Assembly (NCBI GenBank): GCA_963702005.1
Contig: OY969696.1
Span: forward strand, 1 to 64,000
Origin: Candidatus Aminicenantes bacterium
GTDB lineage: Bacteria > Acidobacteriota > Aminicenantia > Aminicenantales > JAFGBC01
Direction of reading: 5' to 3'
DNA: 64,000 bases
The notes under the pieces are model-generated. The model was not told where the DNA came from and did not search any database. It was given only the letters and a program-made list of their open reading frames with translations. The position numbers and the translations under genes were made by a program. Positions 8,992 through 17,834 of the stretch are shown piece by piece (within the stretch, counting starts at the first letter, position 1; each line of letters opens with the position of its first letter).

Positions 8992-10093
8992 TTGACATAC
9001 GCATAAATAATGGAATCTTTCCTTGAATTGAGCTATACTATGAGCCATGAGACCTCCAGGAAGCCCCCAGCAACTCGAACAGCGTCGCCACCGGGCCATC
9101 CGATTGCTCCAAAAGGGATTGTCGATGGCCGAGGTGGCCAAAGAAGTCGGGGCCTCGATCAGCTCCGTCTTCCGATGGCAACACGCCTTCCACAAGAGCG
9201 GCTCCAAAGGACTGGAATGCGTTCCCGCGACTGGACGCCCTCCCAAACTCTCTCCCCGGCAGAAAAAGAAAGTCATCGGCCTACTCTTGCGCGGTCCCGT
9301 AGCGTTCGGTTATTCGACGGATCTTTGGACCACGCGGCGAGTCGCCGAAGTGATTGGCAGAGAATTTCGGATCGATTATCATCCCAATCATATCTGGCGT
9401 GTCCTAATGGGATTGGGATGGAGCTGCCAGAAGCCGGAACGTCGGGCGCGGGAACGCGACGAAGCGACCATCGAAGACTGGAGAAAAGTCCGCTGGCCGG
9501 CCATAAAAAAAAACTCTGGCACGTGGCGCCCATCTGGTCTTTCTGGATGAAAGCGGCTTTCTCCTGCTTCCGCATGTCGTTCGGACGTGGGCTCCCCGGG
9601 GCCAGACGCCCATCCTTAAACATTTTTATCGGAGAGATCGGGTGTCGGTGATTTCGGCGTTGACACTCTCCCCGAAGAAACGCCGGTGCGGACTGTTTTT
9701 CCGGGTTCATCCCCGGAACATCAAATCGGACGAGGTCGTCGCTTTTCTTCGAGGGTTGTTCCGTCATCTGCGTGGTCCGATCGTTCTGTTGTGGGATCGG
9801 GGCTTGATCCATAGAGGGAAAGCCGTGAAGACCCTTTTGGCCCATCGACAGAAAGTCCAAGAGGAATGGTTCCCGGCTTATGCTCCAGAGTTGAATCCCG
9901 CGGAATACGTTTGGGCGCAATCGAAAAGGAAATTGGCGAATGGATGTCCGCGCGGTACGGCAGAGCTGAATCTGATGGTGCACGCCAGCCTCACCGAGAT
10001 TGATTCGTCTCAAAAACTGCTCCGCTCTTGCCTTTTCGCCTCGACCCTTTTTAAACCGAAAGAACTATGTTCCATTATTTATGCGTAACTCAA
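8992..10093 (+). mobile_element. IS630-family insertion sequence
   Basis: Inverted repeats ttgacatacgcataaataatggaa / ttccattatttatgcgtaactcaa, flanked by TA at 8990-8991 and 10094-10095. Confidence 0.92.
9047..10088 (+). CDS. IS630 transposase in two frames joined at an A9 run (9505-9513)
   Basis: HTH ORF 9047-9550 (GRPPKL, LWTTRRV). The DDE part FLDESG, LLWDRG, YAPELNPAEYVW lies in the +1 frame. Confidence 0.85.
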
Positions 10094-11460
10094 TAATTGC
10101 GAACACTAATCCAATCGATATTGCCAGGGCTACTAATATGCAGTAATACCACTTATCAGGCATTAAGCTCGTCAAGCCGAAAAATATTGAAAAGAAGATG
10201 GCAACGATAACGCCGAACAAAGTCAGGGTGTTGGAATCCCACTGGCCCGATTGCGTCTTTTTGATGTCTTCCAAATCAGCTTTCCATTTCTCTTCAAATT
10301 TTGCTTCTTGAAGTTTCTCTTGCTGGCGCTCCCAGGCCTTTTCTTCGAAAAGATCCCAGTAATAAGAGATACTGCTATCCAGAACAGCCTCGTCCCCTTG
10401 TCCCCAAGAAAGAAGAATGTTTCTCAGCTCTTCGCTGATCTGTCTTGCCTCAATTCTTATCCTTTCCTCTTTCTCCTCGAAGTCTAGGCTTGCTCCGTGG
10501 ACTCTTCTGCTCTCATAGCTCGCTATTCTCTCATAATAGGCGGTGTTGAAAAGCTCGTCCTCCAGCAATTTTTGCTTCCCCGGATCAGCGGCATAATCGG
10601 TTTTGATCTTCTTAATTTCTCTGTGGAATATTTTTTCCATTGCGTACAGCTCAAGAAGCTCAATCCCGTAAACCGGTCTAAACTCATCTTCGTAATCTGG
10701 CTCTACAATTGTATAGGGCCCAAAAAAGCTATGATGTTGCTTGGCGATAATATCTATAATTGATTTGCCTTTTCCTTCGCTGTTCTGCGCGGAACTGATA
10801 ATGATTTCGATCTGACGAAATATATTAAGCTTGGAAAACACATTAAGAGCAATGTCTCTGGCAAAGTAATCCTCCGGCTCAGGCGGCTCATCCCAAGGCT
10901 TTCTCGTGATCTGCCACTTCGCCTGATACACCTTGCCTATAAAGTTGGTTATGCAACCCAGGCTGTAATCAAATACTCCCCACTTTCCTTCTTTCTTCAA
11001 AAAACCGGTCAGAATTCCTTCTATTCTTTGCCATTCGTAACTCGATTTGGAGTTTAACGGCTCAGCAATCTCTTTTAATAAACTGGCGCTTTTACCTCCC
11101 CACACGTCATGATAACGAGTGTCGAAAACTGCCGAGACGGCTCTCCTTCCGCTTCTATGCTCGATAAGTTTCAGTTGGGTCGATCGCTCGGTGATAGCCG
11201 GCAATCGCTCGTCAATTTTCACTTCTCTTGTGCTTTCTTTTAGAACGACTTCGTATCTTTCTAACACTCCCATCGGCTTCCGATAAGGCAGTAGCATGCA
11301 ATAATCAAAGCGCTTGCGCTCTTCTCCTTTACTTGCCATTGCGTTTCTCCCCGCATCCATTTTCATGCCTAAAAGAACATGATCGTCCGGGCCTTACAAT
11401 TCATATTTTATATACATTATGCTATAACTTCTAAAAGATTAATTCGTTTAAAAAGAGCTG

Positions 11461-11522
11461 ATGGACAAAAGCAAGCCCTCGGCGTCTTGATTCGGGTCTC
11501 AACCGAAGACCGGGCCAAGGAG
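11461..11522 (+). pseudogene. decayed N-terminus of a large serine recombinase
   Basis: atggacaaaagcaagccc-tc-ggc gtc ttg att cgg gtc tca acc gaa gac cgg gcc aag reads MDKSKP(V)GVLIRVSTEDRAK with one base missing. RVSTEDQ is the catalytic motif of this family. Confidence 0.5.
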
Positions 11523-11726
11523 TATAGTCTTTACAGGCACGAGAGACCAATAAAATCTATTGTCCAAATAATCTGAGTAGCGCATCTAATAAAATCATAA
11601 TTGGCCTTTTAATAGAACCAAGGACAGGAACACTCATTAATTTCAGATAATTCATCTAGACCCAAAACGGAAAGGTCTTTTTTGGAGTCCGTTGTCGAGA
11701 TAAAATAATGTGAGTAGTCAGTTCCT

Positions 11727-12857
11727 TTATTTTATTCCCAGTGACCTGCCCAACCAGCCAAGCATCAAATCCAATGGAAGACAAATAGTGACTCCCCAAT
11801 CTAATTTGTTTTTGGAGACCGTGGGCACTGTTTTGATGCTGCCTGTGACCTGGTCGCCCGGCTTAAATCCGCTTTGCAACTCCTGTGTTGCACCAAAACG
11901 GGCCAAGACGCTAATCGAAAAATATGTGAAATCGTAACCAAGCCCAAAATAGATCTTTTTAAATATCGCGCTAGATAGCTCGGTGGCCAGATTCAATTGA
12001 ATACGCCCACAAGAAAATATCTCGCCTTCAGGTTCAAAGCCGAAAGGGTATACCGTCCCGACAAAAATCATAGTTACGTTTCGTAACATATTTTCCATGA
12101 CGATGGCATTGACATCATTGGGACTGGCATACCCCAGGTTGTACTCCACCGACTTTTTGAAAGGAATGAATGTCCCCATATGCGAACCGAGGTAATAACG
12201 GGCCCTCGTTTTCAGGCTCTCAGCAAAAATGACTTTATCTAGTGAAGAGTCTTGATCAGCACCAGTAAACTCATGCGTGGGGTTAAATATATTTTTATTA
12301 TTGCTTTCAGATCCTTGAACAAAAGATGTGGAGCTTTGGCTCGATCTTTCTGATTTTAAAGCCTGCCCGTTTGTTGAGCGGGTAACCTTTATCTGATATG
12401 TCGTTCCACTTTCAGCGAGGATAAAAGACGACGTAAGCGTAGGCGGTGCGGCTATTGCTCTCTCAATTGGCACTGTTTTTCCAGTAAAAATTGGGACTAA
12501 TTCATAGCTGCTTTTTTGGGGGATGATATCTATTTTAAATTTATCTTTATATTTATTATCCAATATTATCGTTATCGTGACCTGAGTTCCAACACTCAAT
12601 GCTTTCGGAAACGCTTTTCCGCCCGGCAAGCCCACTATGAATGGATCTAGGGGAATATCATTTTTCGGCGAATCTTCTGATGGCGGATAAATCCGGCAGT
12701 TATTCCACAATACTTCTGCCAGTAGCCCATCACGATCCATCACAATTTTAAGGTCTTTAGGATAAGAAGAATTCGGAATCTGATTTTCGTTTCCTTTGGC
12801 TACAGCATACGAGAACAATCCAAAGAGTGCGAGCACTAAAAAGATTATCTTTTTCAC
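11727..12857 (-). CDS. AT-rich hypothetical exported protein, possible C-terminal beta-rich membrane domain
   Basis: GTG start with a GGGAGG RBS and signal peptide MKKIIFLVLALFGLFSYAVA. Confidence 0.75.
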   Translation of the reverse strand: MKKIIFLVLALFGLFSYAVAKGNENQIPNSSYPKDLKIVMDRDGLLAEVLWNNCRIYPPSEDSPKNDIPLDPFIVGLPGGKAFPKALSVGTQVTITIILDNKYKDKFKIDIIPQKSSYELVPIFTGKTVPIERAIAAPPTLTSSFILAESGTTYQIKVTRSTNGQALKSERSSQSSTSFVQGSESNNKNIFNPTHEFTGADQDSSLDKVIFAESLKTRARYYLGSHMGTFIPFKKSVEYNLGYASPNDVNAIVMENMLRNVTMIFVGTVYPFGFEPEGEIFSCGRIQLNLATELSSAIFKKIYFGLGYDFTYFSISVLARFGATQELQSGFKPGDQVTGSIKTVPTVSKNKLDWGVTICLPLDLMLGWLGRSLGIK

Positions 12858-12989
12858 GGTTCCTCCCCATATTTAGCTTTACATTTTAGTCGCGGAAGTT
12901 TAATTAAAATTGAAAACGCGGGAACAGCATTATATCGTCTGCATTCCTTCTTTTTATGCTCGATAAGGAAAGAATTTAGCCTAACAGAA

Positions 12990-13105
12990 AATTATAGGAT
13001 TTTGCTTTTTCCGCGGCGTGTGGAATAGCCGCTCGGCGCGATGATTCTCCCCTCCTCGCCATGATGGCAATATACTGCCGACTTCGCTGGGATGTCAACA
13101 ACCTC
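12990..13105 (-). mobile_element. IS91/ISCR-like oriIS end remnant, copy 3 (diverged, shorter)
   Basis: Same terminus aattataggattttgctttttccgcggcgtgtggaatagccgctcgg. The promoter TTGACA-18-TATATT is kept at 13069-13098. Confidence 0.7.
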
Positions 13106-13215
13106 CCTTTCCAAGGAGGCCCGATTGGAGGTTGCTGGGGTTCTCGGTTTCGCGAGATGTGCGATAATAGATGTATGAGCCGAGATATGAAATTGACCGT
13201 AGAAGGAGGAAGGGT

Positions 13216-15222
13216 GTGGCTCAATCAATAATGATGATGGCCGCCGTCTTGTGCGCGACCTCGTTGGCGCCTGGAGGGCAAGCGGTCCGGGGCGGGTCTG
13301 AGCCGGCAGAGAGAAATCCACGCCCGCCCGTCGTCTTTCGCGTCGCTGCGGACCGGCTCTTGAGCAGCAGGCCGATCAGCAAACTCATCTACGGCAACTT
13401 TATAGAGCTTGGCTTCGCCAGGCAGGTGGATGGCATGTGGGGCCAGATGCTCTATAACAGGAGTTTCGAGAACCTTCCACCCGCGAGCGCGATCGCGAGG
13501 CAGGAGCGGGGCCCGGCGAACGACGGCACGGCGGCCTGGTGGCACAGCGGGTACGAAGAGAAGCCTTGGTACACCTTCACTGCCGCGGGCAAGACCGACC
13601 TGCCGACCGACCGGCCGAATGACTATTGGGGATTCTATCACGGAAAAATAGCTGCCCGGGTTTCCGCTCAGAAGGAGGGTGCCTGGGGACTCGGTCAGGA
13701 CGGCCTAGGCCTCCAAGCGGGTGCCGGGTATTTCTTCCGCGGGTTTTTAGCGCATGACTATGGTGATCCCGGCAAGGGCCAGCACACGGTTACGGTCAGG
13801 CTGGTCGCTGAGAACGATCCGGGACGCGTCATTGACAGCATCGAAGCTTCCTTCGGCACGCAATTCACCGAATGCACGGGCACGCTCAGAAGCCGCGATT
13901 TCAACGGACGTGCCAGTTTTCAGCTGGTGGCGACGTCGCCCGGTGAGTTTGTAGCGGACGGTTTCGAGCTTACTCCTTCGGATGCCGTCCACGGCTGGCG
14001 CAGGGACATCATCGCCGCCATGAAGCGCGTCCGTCCCGCCATGCTTCGTTTTCCCGGCGGTTGCTTTGCGAGTTACTATAACTGGAAGGACGGCATCGGA
14101 CCGCGCGATGACCGCATGCCGCGGCAGAGCGAGTTCTGGGGCGGCCTTGAATACAACGACGTCGGGACGGACGAGTACCTTGACCTTTGTCAGGAGGTCG
14201 GCGCAGAGCCGTTCCTTGTCGTCAATGTCATGACGGGAACACCCCTCCTGGCGGCCGAATGGGTCGAATACTGTAACGGCTCCCGCGAAACGAAGATGGG
14301 CGGCCTCCGGGCTTGGAACGGGCACGAAAGAGCAAGGAAAGTGACGTACTGGGAGCTGGACAATGAGCCTGACCGTAAATACGGTCCGGAACAGTATGCC
14401 CGCAGGGTGGCGGCATTTGCGCGAGCGATGAGGGCGGTGGATCCATCAATTAAACTGGCGATCGAAGGCTACGACAGCTACGCCGATCAATGGAACACCA
14501 TCTTCGACATCTGCGGGCAGGAAATCGATTTCGTGTCGGACCGGTACTACGCGGAGCGGGACTTCGCGCGGGATGTTCCGATCCTCGAGGCTTACCGGAA
14601 GAAGACCGGCCGGAGGATCGGATTGTGCAATACCGAGTGGATCGCACCGTTCGAGGTCCCCTCCGGCGAGGCCGAAGCCGCCGCGATCCGGGACCGATCC
14701 AGGCTGCAGCGCTGGTCCTATGCGTTGAACGCCGCGACGGTCCTTCAGGGGTTCTGGCGGAATGCAGACTGGATGGACTTCGCCAACTTCAACAACCTGG
14801 TCAACACCTGGGGACAGAATGTCATCGAGTCCGCCAAGACCGGGGCATGGTTGTCATGCGCCGGCCGATTGTTCGAGTTCTTCACGGACTCCAGGGCTTC
14901 GTGGCCCGTGGAAATCACGCCCGCCGAACAGGGCGGCAAGATCCACGCTGCCGCGGCGCTCTCCGGATCTAAACAAGAGCTCGTCATCAACATTGTGAAC
15001 ATGGGTGAAGCGGCGAGTTTGGATGTTGCCTTCGGCGGCGGATCGCCCGGTTGGAGGGCAAACTCAGCGCGGGGTCTCGCTGCTCCGTCCCTTATTTCGC
15101 GCAACTCCGAGTCCGACCGGAATGTTGTGACGCCCGTTCAGCCGGTGACTGAGATGCGGGGAGGTCACCTCATTATTCAGGTCCGGGCGTACTCAATCTC
15201 CGAAGTCGTTCTTTCAAAATAG
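13216..15222 (+). CDS. GH51-like alpha-L-arabinofuranosidase, secreted
   Basis: IYGNFIE, LRFPGGCFAS, VGTDEY, WELDNE (acid/base), NTEW (nucleophile). GTG start after AGGAGG. Confidence 0.8.
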   Translation: MAQSIMMMAAVLCATSLAPGGQAVRGGSEPAERNPRPPVVFRVAADRLLSSRPISKLIYGNFIELGFARQVDGMWGQMLYNRSFENLPPASAIARQERGPANDGTAAWWHSGYEEKPWYTFTAAGKTDLPTDRPNDYWGFYHGKIAARVSAQKEGAWGLGQDGLGLQAGAGYFFRGFLAHDYGDPGKGQHTVTVRLVAENDPGRVIDSIEASFGTQFTECTGTLRSRDFNGRASFQLVATSPGEFVADGFELTPSDAVHGWRRDIIAAMKRVRPAMLRFPGGCFASYYNWKDGIGPRDDRMPRQSEFWGGLEYNDVGTDEYLDLCQEVGAEPFLVVNVMTGTPLLAAEWVEYCNGSRETKMGGLRAWNGHERARKVTYWELDNEPDRKYGPEQYARRVAAFARAMRAVDPSIKLAIEGYDSYADQWNTIFDICGQEIDFVSDRYYAERDFARDVPILEAYRKKTGRRIGLCNTEWIAPFEVPSGEAEAAAIRDRSRLQRWSYALNAATVLQGFWRNADWMDFANFNNLVNTWGQNVIESAKTGAWLSCAGRLFEFFTDSRASWPVEITPAEQGGKIHAAAALSGSKQELVINIVNMGEAASLDVAFGGGSPGWRANSARGLAAPSLISRNSESDRNVVTPVQPVTEMRGGHLIIQVRAYSISEVVLSK

Positions 15223-15377
15223 CCCCCCGGCGCCATTGTCGGCATCCAAGGCTGTAACGACAAAGCTCGCAACTCTCGGCATGAAGGGTTGCCTGATGAG
15301 CCGGATCGCATCGATTGACAATGGCAGGCTGCCGACATTATTTTAGATCCGTCCGATTAAACAGGAAAGGTGCCTTT

Positions 15378-17810
15378 ATGAGAGCATTTATCATCGCTTC
15401 ACTCCTCTCCATGACGCTCCTTGTGTCCGCTGCTTCAGCCCAGAAGCTCCCCCTCGCCGGCGCAGATGAGAAGACTCCTTCCCTGGCCCATTATTTCGAT
15501 TGGATAAACAGCCAGTACGAGGGAACTTCGGAGAATCAGACGCTGATCAACCTGGAATTCTTCAGGTGGCTGCACGATGAATATGGAATGGGTCTGGATA
15601 TCTATGCGCTCGATGTGGGCAACATCGACGACGGTCCCTATACGGCCGGGGTGGGCCGGTTGATCCCCTATCATTATGGGAATTATGACGCCGGCGAATT
15701 TGCGCGGAAGTTTCCCGATGGCTTCGCGCCGCTTGTGAAGAAAGCGGCTTCCTTCGGCTGCCGTCTCGGCATCTGGCTGGGACCCGATGGATTCGGTGAG
15801 ACCCCCGGCGAAGAGAAGAAACGCAGCGAGCTGTTGGTCTCGTTCTGCCGTGATTTCAATTTCAGATCCTTTAAATTGGACGCCGTCGCGGGGGATCTCC
15901 GGCCCGAAAAACAGGACGCGCTCATCAGAACCCTTGAGGCCTGCAGGGCCTACTGCCCGGATCTTCTCGTCCTCAATCACCGCGTCAACCTGGGCAAAGC
16001 CGTTCCGTACGCGACGACCTCTCTCTGGGAAGGCGAGGAGACCTATATCGACGTCTTCATGAATAATTCCGGGACAGCCACCCATCACCGCGTCGGATCG
16101 ATGACACGGGGCCTCACGCCCGGCATGACGAGACTCATGGAAGATCACGGCGTCTGCCTCTCGTCGTGCCTCGACTACTGGGAGGACGAACTCGTCCTCC
16201 AGGCCTTCAACCGAAGCCTGCTGCTTGCCCCCGAGCTGTACGGGAACCCCTGGTTCCTCAGGGATGACGAATACCCGAAACTGGCCCGGCTATTCAACCT
16301 GCACCGCCGCTACGGAGACATCCTCGTCAAGGGGATCCGGCTGCCGGAGGAACAATGCGGCTCTTTCGCCGTCTCTCGGGGCGATGGCAACACACGCTTC
16401 ATCACGCTGCGGAATCTTACCTGGAATCCGGTGACGTATTCACTCAGGCTGGATGGAAGCATCGGCCTGGAGAAGCAGCCGACCGTTGAAGTCAGGCGCT
16501 TTCATCCCACAGAGCGGATCATGGGGAAATTCGCCTGGGGCGCGGCGGTCTCCGTCGAAGTCCTCCCGTTTCGGACGTGCCTTATCGCGGCATCGACCGG
16601 GCCCATAAACGAATTCGGCGTGTCAGGGTGTGATTATGAAATCCTCCGCGATGTGCCGGGTAAACCGGTCCTCATCAGGCTTCTGGGCATGCCGGGAACG
16701 AAGGCAACGATCAGGCTTGAGCCCGGTGGACGTACGGTAGCATCCGGGGAGCTGGATGATGTCGTGGAGGCGGGACTCGCCGGCGGGAAGGAAATCCCCA
16801 TCGGCTTCCCCGGGAAGACGCTGAAGAGATCCTGGCACCGGCGAATCGGCGCCCTGGGGCCCTGTCCAGTCCCGGCCGACGCGGAAGCGCTGTACGAGGC
16901 CACCTGCTATGCCGCTGACAATAACGCGCTGGAAGTGCGGGCCGTCCAACGGTCGGGGCGAAGTAAGATATCGCAGGTCAACGCTTCCCGTGAGGCTTTC
17001 TTCGCAAAAAAAATGTTCGTTGGCCGCGGGATATGGGACAAGCAGCTTTTCGACGGAAATATCGGTACTTATTTTACCGCCCGGCTTGAAGGGCGCGCTT
17101 TGAGGGTGGATTTCGGGGAGCCGCTGGCGCTCGATCGTCTCGCATTCCGTCTGCGGGACCGTGAGGAGCCGGACCTAAATCCTGACCTCTCTTCATTCGC
17201 GGAGGATGCGACGGCTGAAGTGTCGGCGGATCTGAAGAGATGGACCTCCCTCAAACCGTTCTGGAAGGGCAAAGGGACCATCGCTCTGGCGAAAATTCCT
17301 CCCGAGCATCCGGTTCGCTACCTGCGGTTTCAGGGCGCCGCGAGAAGGATAGCCGAGGTCGAGGGGTATTACGAGGGGCAGAGGCTCGACCGCTCCCGGT
17401 GGCGGGCCTCAAACCTGTTCACCTCGTACTCGAAGAACCCGGCTGTGGCGGCCTGGTCACTGTCCTTCGTCCCGGATGAGATCCCGAAGAATGCCTATCT
17501 CATCGTTGCGGTCAACGGACATCACGGCAAGGAGGGCGCCTATGCGGCTCTCAGGATCGAGGGACAACCCGTCGGCGCCCCGGACCGGGCGACTTCTTTT
17601 TCGAGCAATACGTGGGAGTATTACAACGTGGAGAGCGACAGCAATTACTCGTACTATTTTCCTCTTCCGGAAGGATCTGTCGGCAAAAAGATCGATGTCG
17701 TTGTCCTCATCATGAAGGACGGGACGAACGAGGTGAAACCCGAGGCCTGGATGACATCCTACCCGATCCCGTTCGAGGCACGCACGCTTGTCGTAAACAC
17801 CAGGCGTTAA
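15378..17810 (+). CDS. secreted uncharacterised glycoside-hydrolase-like protein (clan GH-D-like barrel plus discoidin/CBM32-like domain)
   Basis: Signal peptide; IYALDVG, LGIWLGP and FKLDAV motifs; LFDG...LRVDFGE...VRYLRF domain. Confidence 0.6.
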   Translation: MRAFIIASLLSMTLLVSAASAQKLPLAGADEKTPSLAHYFDWINSQYEGTSENQTLINLEFFRWLHDEYGMGLDIYALDVGNIDDGPYTAGVGRLIPYHYGNYDAGEFARKFPDGFAPLVKKAASFGCRLGIWLGPDGFGETPGEEKKRSELLVSFCRDFNFRSFKLDAVAGDLRPEKQDALIRTLEACRAYCPDLLVLNHRVNLGKAVPYATTSLWEGEETYIDVFMNNSGTATHHRVGSMTRGLTPGMTRLMEDHGVCLSSCLDYWEDELVLQAFNRSLLLAPELYGNPWFLRDDEYPKLARLFNLHRRYGDILVKGIRLPEEQCGSFAVSRGDGNTRFITLRNLTWNPVTYSLRLDGSIGLEKQPTVEVRRFHPTERIMGKFAWGAAVSVEVLPFRTCLIAASTGPINEFGVSGCDYEILRDVPGKPVLIRLLGMPGTKATIRLEPGGRTVASGELDDVVEAGLAGGKEIPIGFPGKTLKRSWHRRIGALGPCPVPADAEALYEATCYAADNNALEVRAVQRSGRSKISQVNASREAFFAKKMFVGRGIWDKQLFDGNIGTYFTARLEGRALRVDFGEPLALDRLAFRLRDREEPDLNPDLSSFAEDATAEVSADLKRWTSLKPFWKGKGTIALAKIPPEHPVRYLRFQGAARRIAEVEGYYEGQRLDRSRWRASNLFTSYSKNPAVAAWSLSFVPDEIPKNAYLIVAVNGHHGKEGAYAALRIEGQPVGAPDRATSFSSNTWEYYNVESDSNYSYYFPLPEGSVGKKIDVVVLIMKDGTNEVKPEAWMTSYPIPFEARTLVVNTRR

Positions 17811-17834
17811 AATTTTTTCTTAGAAAGGATCGAT

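Larger units (their letters stand above)
8916..11366 (-). pseudogene. AT-rich hypothetical protein with two C-terminal TM helices, interrupted near its 3' end by IS630
   Basis: ORF 10065-11366 reads into the IS. Removing the IS and one TA gives ...VFAIKTGHLRTQIIKFMTKILKSAQKGG* with the stop at 8916-8918. Confidence 0.75.

Noticed and set aside
12979-12985. Integron core site GTTAGGC on the minus strand next to repeat copy 3
   Set aside because: No matching RYYYAAC/attC hairpin after the gene, no such site at the other copies, and no IntI.
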